Shown here: one piece after another, positions 8,882 to 16,335 of the stretch
Position numbering within the stretch: position 1 is the stretch's first letter
Layout of the letters: each line of letters begins with the position of its first letter
DNA from: a candidate division Zixibacteria bacterium RBG_16_53_22
GTDB lineage: Bacteria > Zixibacteria > MSB-5A5 > UBA10806
Reading direction: 5' to 3'
NCBI GenBank assembly: GCA_001775395.1
Contig: MEWP01000063.1
Span: forward strand, 2,086-66,085
Length of the DNA stretch: 64,000 bases
Translations under genes and position numbers: made by a program
The notes under the pieces: model-generated
Databases searched by the model: none
Told to the model about the DNA's origin: nothing
The model's input: the letters and a program-made list of their open reading frames with translations, nothing else

Positions 8882-9226
8882 TTACTCATTGAGTAAGATA
8901 CTCCATAGTACGCCTGTGGCTACCCAGGCGATGGCGGCCAGCTCGTCAGGCCGCAATAAAAGCTGCGTCGTGATGGTGCCATCCTTTTCAGCCTGGAAGT
9001 AGATGGTATCGACGGGATGTCCTACGACAGTCCCGGCGCTGAATTTGCAATTGGAATATTCCTGGCAGATCAGTTCTGTAAACTCTAGCTCACCATCTAT
9101 CCAATGTCTTGGGTCGTCAATGGTCTGGTTTCTCATTATTTTATTATCCCCCCAGTGGACCGGCGAGTTGTCCAGGTCGCTCAGCGTGCATGGTGTTGCA
9201 GTTTGGTACTGCCGGACCAGGGACAT
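8882..9226 (-). CDS. hypothetical protein
   Basis: 114-aa ORF; start uncertain. Confidence 0.55.
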   Translation of the reverse strand: MSLVRQYQTATPCTLSDLDNSPVHWGDNKIMRNQTIDDPRHWIDGELEFTELICQEYSNCKFSAGTVVGHPVDTIYFQAEKDGTITTQLLLRPDELAAIAWVATGVLWSILLNE

Positions 9227-9308
9227 TCCTGCTTAGAGGAAGTCAACCCCACGCTACGCCCTTCACACGCGCTGCCCTCGATGCAACTCGCCAGCCCACC
9301 GGGATGCC

Positions 9309-9641
9309 CTAAAACCGTCTCAGCTTTCTGTATCCCATAGCTGCTTCGCCCCTGTTTCTTCCCTGTGCGTTTTGCAGCAATAGGCGTCCTTCGGGCCATA
9401 TGCCACGCGATAACAACACCACGCTGCCGATCAGGATGATCTGGCTAAGCACGTTGGTAAAGTCAACAGGTGGATAGAGACCTATATGATTGACGACCAG
9501 TGCTGTCGCCAATCCATACAAACCGGAACGCAGCCAGTCAGCCCAATAATCTGCCAGCCCAAAGTGCTGTGCCAGCATAACCAGAGCCGTGATAAATGGC
9601 ACCAACTCAAAACCGTTGAACCTTAAATCAGGCAATTCCAT
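9309..9641 (-). CDS. small 3-TM membrane protein (holin-like topology)
   Basis: Three hydrophobic segments and a basic C-terminus. Confidence 0.55.
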   Translation of the reverse strand: MELPDLRFNGFELVPFITALVMLAQHFGLADYWADWLRSGLYGLATALVVNHIGLYPPVDFTNVLSQIILIGSVVLLSRGIWPEGRLLLQNAQGRNRGEAAMGYRKLRRF

Positions 9642-9644
9642 ATC

Positions 9645-10964
9645 CTACTCCTCTCGACTATGACCATTATTACCCTCCAAAAATGCGTCTGCGTTTTGCG
9701 ACCACCTCCCCTCACGTATGTACTGGCGTAGGGCTTCCAGAGCCATAGGATATGGCAATGCCAGTAAATATGACTGCCCCTTGGTAGTCGGCGGCGTGAG
9801 TGCCCCTGCCAGCCCGTAGTTGCGGTAGGCGTTCTTCACATAATCGTACCCAAGATCCTTGTGGGTAGGTGCCATCTTGTTGATCCCAAGGATTGAGGCA
9901 CCTGCCTCAAGGTTGGCGGCTGCGTCGTGAAATAGCCTGATGCGTGCATCGTCTTCCAGGGTATCTTCTATATTGGCATATATCGTAGCGTCGATGTCGC
10001 CTGGCAAGCGCACCAGCATAGCTTGCCCGTGGATCAACCCGCGCACGCCTGGCTCTTTCAACAGGAACTCACCCGGCTGCACGGGCAATTCGTTGTCGTT
10101 GGGCCGCATGCCCAGGATCACCCTGGCGTGATCGCGGCTGTCCACGCTGAACATAATCTTGCGGTCGGCATTGGTGCGGATGGGCGTGGGCACCACGTCG
10201 AACCTGGGGTGCTGCACCGCCATGATGACCACCCCGCGTGAGCGCAACTGCGATAGGATGGTGGTCAGCAGCCGGATGGCACTAGCACGCTCGCCCCGGT
10301 CTGGGGCTTGGTGTGTCAGCATAGCTATTTCGTCGATCATGAGCAGGATCTTCTTGCTGGTGTCACCATAGCGCATATCCTGCTCGACTTCTTCCAGCAA
10401 ACGAATAGCTTGTCCTATGCCAGCCTCCATGTCGATAGTGGCATAGCCCGCCAGCAGCGGTCGCCACATATGCAGACAGTCGTTCTCGTCAGCCTTCAGG
10501 TCGATCAGATATACTTTCCAACTTTCGCTGAAACGCTTGCCCTTGCTGAAGAATTGAATGAGCAGCTTGTTCAATTCATTCGTCTTTCCGCCGCCGGTAC
10601 TAGATCCGATTAGCGTGTGGTGCTTGCTGAAATCGACCTTGATAGGCCGCTTGCGGTCGAAGCCAACTACAGCCATAAGTGGCTGGGATAGCTTGTACAC
10701 CGACACCAGTTCCGACACGCTATGGGCTGCCAGTGGGCGGGATGGCTGGCGCGGTCTGTTGCGGGCATTCATAATAGCCGACTCGGTACGATAGTAGATG
10801 CCGTAGACTACGTTGCACACGAACAAGATCAGTCCATATACCAGGATGCCCACCCACGTTTCCAGGCGGATCTTGGCCCGCTTGCGTGAAGCTATGTAGA
10901 CAGCATGGCCCGTTCCCCACACTACGAATGCAACCCAGAAGACACCCCAGTAGCTAATCTCCAT
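9645..10964 (-). CDS. FtsK/SpoIIIE (TraB-like) membrane-anchored ATPase
   Basis: 2 N-terminal TM helices; HTLIGSSTGGGKT Walker A; LIDLK; LLMIDE Walker B; LRSRGVVIMAVQHPR; IRTNADRKI; PGEFLL. Confidence 0.85.
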   Translation of the reverse strand: MEISYWGVFWVAFVVWGTGHAVYIASRKRAKIRLETWVGILVYGLILFVCNVVYGIYYRTESAIMNARNRPRQPSRPLAAHSVSELVSVYKLSQPLMAVVGFDRKRPIKVDFSKHHTLIGSSTGGGKTNELNKLLIQFFSKGKRFSESWKVYLIDLKADENDCLHMWRPLLAGYATIDMEAGIGQAIRLLEEVEQDMRYGDTSKKILLMIDEIAMLTHQAPDRGERASAIRLLTTILSQLRSRGVVIMAVQHPRFDVVPTPIRTNADRKIMFSVDSRDHARVILGMRPNDNELPVQPGEFLLKEPGVRGLIHGQAMLVRLPGDIDATIYANIEDTLEDDARIRLFHDAAANLEAGASILGINKMAPTHKDLGYDYVKNAYRNYGLAGALTPPTTKGQSYLLALPYPMALEALRQYIREGRWSQNADAFLEGNNGHSREE

Positions 10965-11631
10965 AGATCGTGTTCCATAACACAGTTCTGTTATAGTCCT
11001 TAGCCTCGCGCTCTTCGATCAAACCACGCCCCAGGGCATCGAAGACCATACGCTGTGCCATGTACATGGTGGGAAAGTCATCTGGTCCTGGTCGTGGCGA
11101 CGAGCCGCGCACCCGCTTGATGGATCGGTCGAAGTCAGGCGGCACACGGTTGCCGTCGATGTAGGCATTGTTATCACTACTGACGTGTACCCGTTCCATG
11201 TGCTCGCCAGTCAGGAAGCCCCACACCCGGTAACGCCAGGGCGTGGAATAGCTGACGGCAGGCGATTTATCGGTGATCGGATCGGTGATACCCTTCTGGC
11301 TAAATACGCCAGAGAACTTGTACAGGGCACCCCCACCCCGCTCGTCGTTGCGGCATACCACGTAGATCTCGTGTAGCCAGCGCAGGAACTCCATGATGCC
11401 GAAACGAACGGGCCATATGAGGCTGAGCACGATGGCGATGTGGTAAGGCGCGGACGACTGGAAGCCAGGGGCAGCCAGATAAGCAAAGTTCCAGATCAGG
11501 AACAGCCGCCAGCATGCCATCGAGAACTCCTCGACGACCTCGTAGAAGGCTCGCCTGCCCCACCACTCGACGACGAGACCGGGTTGCAGGCGACTGGCTA
11601 CACCTGCGGGAACTCGCCGTTGTATTGCCAT
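10954..11631 (-). CDS. membrane protein with bacterial PH-like domain
   Basis: 2 TM helices, then WLHEIYVV...KFSGVFS...VSYSTPW...WG, resembling bPH_2. Confidence 0.5.
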   Translation of the reverse strand: MAIQRRVPAGVASRLQPGLVVEWWGRRAFYEVVEEFSMACWRLFLIWNFAYLAAPGFQSSAPYHIAIVLSLIWPVRFGIMEFLRWLHEIYVVCRNDERGGGALYKFSGVFSQKGITDPITDKSPAVSYSTPWRYRVWGFLTGEHMERVHVSSDNNAYIDGNRVPPDFDRSIKRVRGSSPRPGPDDFPTMYMAQRMVFDALGRGLIEEREAKDYNRTVLWNTIYGD

Positions 11632-11831
11632 GCCCCATTCACCACTTCTATCTGACTTCCGTTCTTACGCAAATAGCCTGCCTGGACCAAGTTTAACACC
11701 TGCTGAAATGCGGTCGCCTTGGCTACCCGCGCCATGCCCTTGATCGCTGCATAGCTGGGACTATTACCATCGTGGGTCTCCTTGTATTCGATTATCGCCT
11801 TCAAAACCCGCACGCTTGTCTTGTTTACCAT
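11598..11831 (-). CDS. LexA-like winged-helix DNA-binding protein without peptidase domain
   Basis: VLKAIIEYKETHDGNSPSYAAI...ATAFQQVLNLVQAGYL matches the LexA N-terminal domain pattern; start moved to MVNKTS. Confidence 0.7.
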   Translation of the reverse strand: MVNKTSVRVLKAIIEYKETHDGNSPSYAAIKGMARVAKATAFQQVLNLVQAGYLRKNGSQIEVVNGAWQYNGEFPQV

Positions 11832-12277
11832 ATCCAGAAACATACCCCATGATTTCTGCCCGTCGTGGTGTGGCAGACAACTGCACCCCACCACAAACCA
11901 CGTCGGTACTTCTTGATGAGTCCCGCCCGCCACAGTTGGTTGAGGTGCCTCGTCAGCGGCGGCCAGGCTTTGTGCGGATAGTCAGGCGGGCACCTGAATA
12001 GCCCATGCTGCCGGGCTGCTTGCATGATGTCCTGGTAGCTGAGCAAGCCACCCTCCCGAAAGATACCCCGCAACCTGGTCAACAGCGGCATAGTTTGTGG
12101 CGACAATTGTTCCTGGGTGAGTACGTATTCGGCACCGACTACCATCTCTTCCAGATCGCCCGTGATGAAGGGGTTCTTGCGTTCTTCAACCGGCACGACG
12201 GGGCGATCCTCGTATAATATGAATTCGGGTATCTTACGCCCCTCTTTAGGATCGAAATCGTAAATTACGTCAACCAC
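11825..12277 (-). CDS. hypothetical protein with C-terminal wHTH-like segment
   Basis: LTRHLNQLWRAGLIKKY. Confidence 0.55.
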   Translation of the reverse strand: MVDVIYDFDPKEGRKIPEFILYEDRPVVPVEERKNPFITGDLEEMVVGAEYVLTQEQLSPQTMPLLTRLRGIFREGGLLSYQDIMQAARQHGLFRCPPDYPHKAWPPLTRHLNQLWRAGLIKKYRRGLWWGAVVCHTTTGRNHGVCFWIW

Positions 12278-12746
12278 AGGCTGTCACCCATGCGAATAGA
12301 GAGTCGGGCACTTTCCAGCCACCTGTCACACGTTCCAGTTGCCACGAGCTGTCGAAGTCCTTTGGCTTTAGACTCTTCCTGTTGTTGGCCATGGCTGCCT
12401 GTTCGACCTGATAATAAGTGTCAAACGGCACCATGATGGCGATGCCAGCTTTCCTGTCAGTGCGCCAATTGATGAACACCAGCGCCAGCCCTACACTCGC
12501 GGCGACTATCAAGCCTGCGCGTTGGTGCGGCTTCAGGTTTTCCAGCGGGAAGCGGGGTGACTTGACCCGCTTGACTTCAGCCGCCCAGAACTTGCCGTCG
12601 ATAGTCGCGCCGTAGTAGTCCCATGGCTTCTGGCGCACCTGGCGCTGGCCCGCCCGGTTGAAGGCGGCATCGTCCAGTCGCTCGGCGATTGGGTAGATGG
12701 CCCTGAGAAGCTCTCCGACCTCGCGCTCAAACTCATTCCTCGCCAC
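12270..12746 (-). CDS. recU: RecU-like Holliday junction resolvase
   Basis: PWDYYG...GKFWAAEVK...FPLENLKPHQ PD-(D/E)xK RecU signature. Confidence 0.8.
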   Translation of the reverse strand: MARNEFEREVGELLRAIYPIAERLDDAAFNRAGQRQVRQKPWDYYGATIDGKFWAAEVKRVKSPRFPLENLKPHQRAGLIVAASVGLALVFINWRTDRKAGIAIMVPFDTYYQVEQAAMANNRKSLKPKDFDSSWQLERVTGGWKVPDSLFAWVTACG

Positions 12747-13176
12747 TCTCCACCTCGATTCCTTCCAGGCTCGCCAGCAGTATATCCACGGCAGCCTGGG
12801 CTGTGCCTACCAGCAATTCGAATGTGCCGACGTGCCCCATGCAGGCGATCTCTTGCTGCGAAACAGTCCCACGAGTAACATCCCGCTCAGGCCAGCGGTT
12901 GGCTCTGTACAGCGCCTTCAACTCGGCTTCGCAGTCGTAGCCACCTCGGTGGTGGCGCTTGTAGTGGCAGGCTGTACACAGGCTCATACGCAAGATCCAA
13001 TGCTCTTTGGTCATGTCGCCCAACGCGCCCCGTCCGAAAACGTGGTGCGCCTCGGCGGCATCTACACCCGCCTCGCCCAGTACCCACTTGTGGTACTGGC
13101 AGTGACCGCCGTCACGCATGTAGGCGATGCTGCCTGCGATAGAACGCAGGGTGATCAACGTGTCATTTTCGGGCAT
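12733..13176 (-). CDS. HNH/NinG-like nuclease
   Basis: RDGGHCQ...AHHVFGRG...LCTACHYKRH. Confidence 0.7.
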   Translation of the reverse strand: MPENDTLITLRSIAGSIAYMRDGGHCQYHKWVLGEAGVDAAEAHHVFGRGALGDMTKEHWILRMSLCTACHYKRHHRGGYDCEAELKALYRANRWPERDVTRGTVSQQEIACMGHVGTFELLVGTAQAAVDILLASLEGIEVESGEE

Positions 13177-13273
13177 TCTTGTGCTGGCTAACCAACAGGG
13201 CAAAGCCAACCCAGAAGATGCTGGCGACCACTGCCCCGCCTATCAAGCCCACCCATAGCTCTGGTATGAACAT
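13163..13273 (-). CDS. 36-aa single-TM peptide (MFIPELWVGLIGGAVVASIFWVGFALLVSQHKNARK)
   Basis: TAATG overlap with the upstream gene; GGAGG SD; below the track cutoff. Confidence 0.6.
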   Translation of the reverse strand: MFIPELWVGLIGGAVVASIFWVGFALLVSQHKNARK

Positions 13274-13644
13274 TATTCGACCTCCCGACTGCGCCGTACT
13301 CGACGTGGCGGAGTCCAAGTATTGGACTCGACGAGCGGTTCTGCATTGGTGTCGGACTTGGATGGTGTCGATTCGATATTAGTGCTGGGCCACGATGCGC
13401 TGGTAGAGCTGGACTTGACTTCTTCCTCATCGGGTTTAGCCTCGACCTGCTTGCGACTCTCTTCGACCAGTTGCAGCACGTCCTCATTCGTCAACAAGCT
13501 ATAGCCAGACATATTAAGCTCAAACAGCACTCGTCCAGCTTTGCCCAGGTAAGCGTCACGCATATGCTGCTGCTCCTGATCCCAAGCGTCAGTTGTCACA
13601 TCGGCTATGTATATAGCCCTTGCCAAAACAGTTTTGTGATCCAT
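13273..13644 (-). CDS. hypothetical protein with disordered C-terminus
   Basis: First gene of the leftward operon; GGGAGG SD. Confidence 0.7.
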   Translation of the reverse strand: MDHKTVLARAIYIADVTTDAWDQEQQHMRDAYLGKAGRVLFELNMSGYSLLTNEDVLQLVEESRKQVEAKPDEEEVKSSSTSASWPSTNIESTPSKSDTNAEPLVESNTWTPPRRVRRSREVE

Positions 13645-13654
13645 CTTTCCCTCC

Positions 13655-13701
13655 CGAACGTTTGTTTATACTAATTTACCATAAAAAGCCAGCTTAGTCA
13701 A
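13655..13701 (-). promoter_or_regulatory. leftward sigma70-type promoter with an SOS-like box at the start site
   Basis: TTGACT-17-TAAATT (13701-13673) with extended TG; CGAACGTTTGTTTA (13655-13668) covers the predicted start site. Confidence 0.6.
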
Positions 13702-13734
13702 GACCGTCACCTTAAAAACTTTAATGTAACTATC

Positions 13735-13763
13735 TTGCTAATGTTAAAAAAACGTGTTATTAT
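13735..13763 (+). promoter_or_regulatory. rightward sigma70-type promoter (probably leaderless mRNA)
   Basis: TTGCTA-17-TATTAT with extended TG; ATG 7 nt after the -10 and no SD. Confidence 0.6.
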
Positions 13764-13769
13764 GTTTAT

Positions 13770-14207
13770 ATGGCAAACCAGAGGCAGTTCTCGGATGAGT
13801 ACATCGACCAGTTGCGCATCTATTATATCGAAAACAACATAACTATCAAGGCGCTGGCGCTGGCCTCTGAGACCCTGTTTGGGATGGCAATCGAAGAGGA
13901 AAACCTGAGATTCATCTCTAAAAAAGACAGGTGGTCAGTCCAGAAGTCCCGTCATCTGATGGGCAAAGAAGGCTTACCCATCGATCAAGCCGACGAGCTG
14001 GACGACATGAAGCGACTGCTGTACGACGCGATCAACGACGCCGACGAGCCACCCAATGCCAAGGAATTGCCGGGTTTGATCAAAGCCTACATGGAAATCA
14101 GCAACGCTATGGCTGCCAGCGGCGTGGCAGGCAGTGCCAAGTCCAGCCGCCAGCAGGCTATCGAAATTGCACGGGAGGTGCTAGGTGCTGACCATCGCCA
14201 ACGTTGA
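13770..14207 (+). CDS. putative terminase small subunit
   Basis: N-terminal HTH-like region; helical; first late gene, upstream of terL. Confidence 0.55.
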   Translation: MANQRQFSDEYIDQLRIYYIENNITIKALALASETLFGMAIEEENLRFISKKDRWSVQKSRHLMGKEGLPIDQADELDDMKRLLYDAINDADEPPNAKELPGLIKAYMEISNAMAASGVAGSAKSSRQQAIEIAREVLGADHRQR

Positions 14208-14376
14208 GTTCGACGAGAGAGATCTGAACCTGATCGCGTTCGCCAAGCTGTATGTAGAACGATTTGGTGCATTCGGGGCGTCCAACCACCACAGTATGCT
14301 GGTCATTCAAAAGCTGGCGAGCATCGTGGAGAAGCAGAACCAGTTTGCCACGGAACTGTGGCGAAGTAAGCAATAG
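14185..14376 (+). CDS. hypothetical protein
   Basis: 63 aa; fills the gap in the operon. Confidence 0.5.
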   Translation: MLTIANVEFDERDLNLIAFAKLYVERFGAFGASNHHSMLVIQKLASIVEKQNQFATELWRSKQ

Positions 14377-14384
14377 GAAAGATC

Positions 14385-14630
14385 ATGCAAGATCAAACAG
14401 ACGAGCTGGAAAGATGCAAAGCTGACCCTGTTCACTTTATTGAAACCTATTGCTATTCTCAGGATAAGAACACTGGACACATTGGGCCACTCAAATTGCT
14501 TCCACACCAGCGCCAACTGTTTGAATCACTAGAGCAAGGCCATTTTACCTTGCTAAAATTTAGAGATAGTTATTCACGGAGAGCCAGGCAAATGTTATCT
14601 GTTATACCTATCCGAACACCAGATCCGTGA
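14385..14630 (+). CDS. stand-alone paralogue of the terminase large subunit N-terminus
   Basis: ELERCKADPVHFIETYCY...LLPHQRQL aligns with EIVRCSLDPIYFIENYVY...PFPYQRKM of the next gene. Confidence 0.65.
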   Translation: MQDQTDELERCKADPVHFIETYCYSQDKNTGHIGPLKLLPHQRQLFESLEQGHFTLLKFRDSYSRRARQMLSVIPIRTPDP

Positions 14631-16335
14631 AATAGTCCGCTGTAGTCTCGATCCTATCTACTTCATAGAGAATTATGTGTATTTAGAGGAGAAAGAGACA
14701 CAGCGCATTCTGCCCTTCAACCCATTCCCGTACCAGCGCAAGATGCTGCGCTGGATGATGGAGGGCAGGAATGTCCTGGCACTCAAGTCGCGTAGGGTGG
14801 GCTGCTCGTGGATCACGGCTGCCTACGCCGCCTGGCTGCTCAACTTCCGTGAGGGTATTAACGTCCTCTTCCTGAGCAAGAAAGAGGACGATGCCAAGAA
14901 ACTATTACGCAAGGTAAAATTTATACTTAAAAACTTGGCACTGCATGACAATGAAGACCACCGATTGGCAACTCGATGCAGTTGGTTATGTGGCGAGATT
15001 GGCACAGATAACCAGCAATTATTTACCATCATCTACCGTGACGATCATGGGCGAGCTACGGCTGAGAGCGAAGCGGCTTCATTGTCCACGACTTCCGAGT
15101 CGGGACGTTCCGAGGGCGCTTCGCTTATCTTTTTGGACGAATTTGGCTTCGTCAAGCCCGACGACGAAAAGACCTGGACTGCCATCAAGCCTACCGTGGC
15201 TAGAGGTGGGCAATGGATCACCGTTTCGACTCCAAACGGAGTGGGCGGCGTTCACCACCGGCTATGCATGGAAGCCCAACGTCACGAGAACAAATCCTAT
15301 GAGTACATCGAGGTTCACTGGTCCGAGGCAGGCATCACTCAAGCCCAGTACGAAGCCGCTATCGAGGGCATGGACGCCGCTTCTATCGCCCAGGAATGGG
15401 AGATGGAGTTCATCCAGAGCGGCAACCCGGTCTTCAACGCAACCGACCTGGCAGCCTGCTACAAGCCGCCCGAAGAGTATCCAGAAGTAGCCAAGATGCT
15501 GAAAGACTACCGCGAGAGAGAAAGATTCTATTATAGTGGGGCTGACACCTCCGAAGGTAAGGCCCACCGCAAGTCCACCCAGAGAGACTACCACTCGTGG
15601 TGCTCGCTCACCCGTTCAGGCATCCAGGCGTTTGGGAAAAACACCAAAGAGCCACTTAGCAAGTGGGCCGGACATACGGTTACTACCACCACCGGCAAAC
15701 AGCTCAACGTGCCAGGTACGACCACCAACCTGCACGTCGAATATCCCGGCCTGCTCAGGGTAGAGGACAACGGCGCAGGGGCCACGGTAGTCAACCGCCA
15801 TGTCGCCCCGCTGGATGGGCAAAGCGAGTTGATCCCCTCTCATACCGATAAACTAAGCAAGTCGCGTTATATCCGCAACTTGATGCTGTCGGTCGAAGCC
15901 CACGACATAATCATCACCGATTTGTTTACCTACCAGTGCATGCTGGTGTATCAATTGGGCAGCCTGCCGGGCACCTACGAAGCCCCCCTGGGATATTATG
16001 ATGACCCGGTTATGTCGCTGGCTATGGCAAACGACCTGCGTTACGAATATGGCGGCATGGAGTTTACCTGGGCGGATGGGGTAGCTCCCCTGCGGCGTAG
16101 CGTGTCACCTGAAGAAGCCGAGGCGCTGGACTTGACCAGCCTCCCGGCTGCGCCCGAAGTCATGACCATGGACAACCTGCGCACAAGCGAATTTATGCCG
16201 GGACCGGGCCGGTTGCCCTCGCCCGCGACCGAACATATGTTGTTACCCGATCTGAGTCTGATTTTGCCCTTGGGGGCACCAGAGGAGAGCCACAACCATA
16301 AGCGGAGGGAACATGACAAAAACATGCGCCCGTGA
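14599..16335 (+). CDS. terL: terminase large subunit (start uncertain; frame open from 14557)
   Basis: Q motif PYQ; LKSRRVGCSW Walker A; LIFLDEFGF Walker B; VSTPNG; nuclease GADT and YDDPVMSLA. Confidence 0.9.
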   Translation: MLYLSEHQIREIVRCSLDPIYFIENYVYLEEKETQRILPFNPFPYQRKMLRWMMEGRNVLALKSRRVGCSWITAAYAAWLLNFREGINVLFLSKKEDDAKKLLRKVKFILKNLALHDNEDHRLATRCSWLCGEIGTDNQQLFTIIYRDDHGRATAESEAASLSTTSESGRSEGASLIFLDEFGFVKPDDEKTWTAIKPTVARGGQWITVSTPNGVGGVHHRLCMEAQRHENKSYEYIEVHWSEAGITQAQYEAAIEGMDAASIAQEWEMEFIQSGNPVFNATDLAACYKPPEEYPEVAKMLKDYRERERFYYSGADTSEGKAHRKSTQRDYHSWCSLTRSGIQAFGKNTKEPLSKWAGHTVTTTTGKQLNVPGTTTNLHVEYPGLLRVEDNGAGATVVNRHVAPLDGQSELIPSHTDKLSKSRYIRNLMLSVEAHDIIITDLFTYQCMLVYQLGSLPGTYEAPLGYYDDPVMSLAMANDLRYEYGGMEFTWADGVAPLRRSVSPEEAEALDLTSLPAAPEVMTMDNLRTSEFMPGPGRLPSPATEHMLLPDLSLILPLGAPEESHNHKRREHDKNMRP

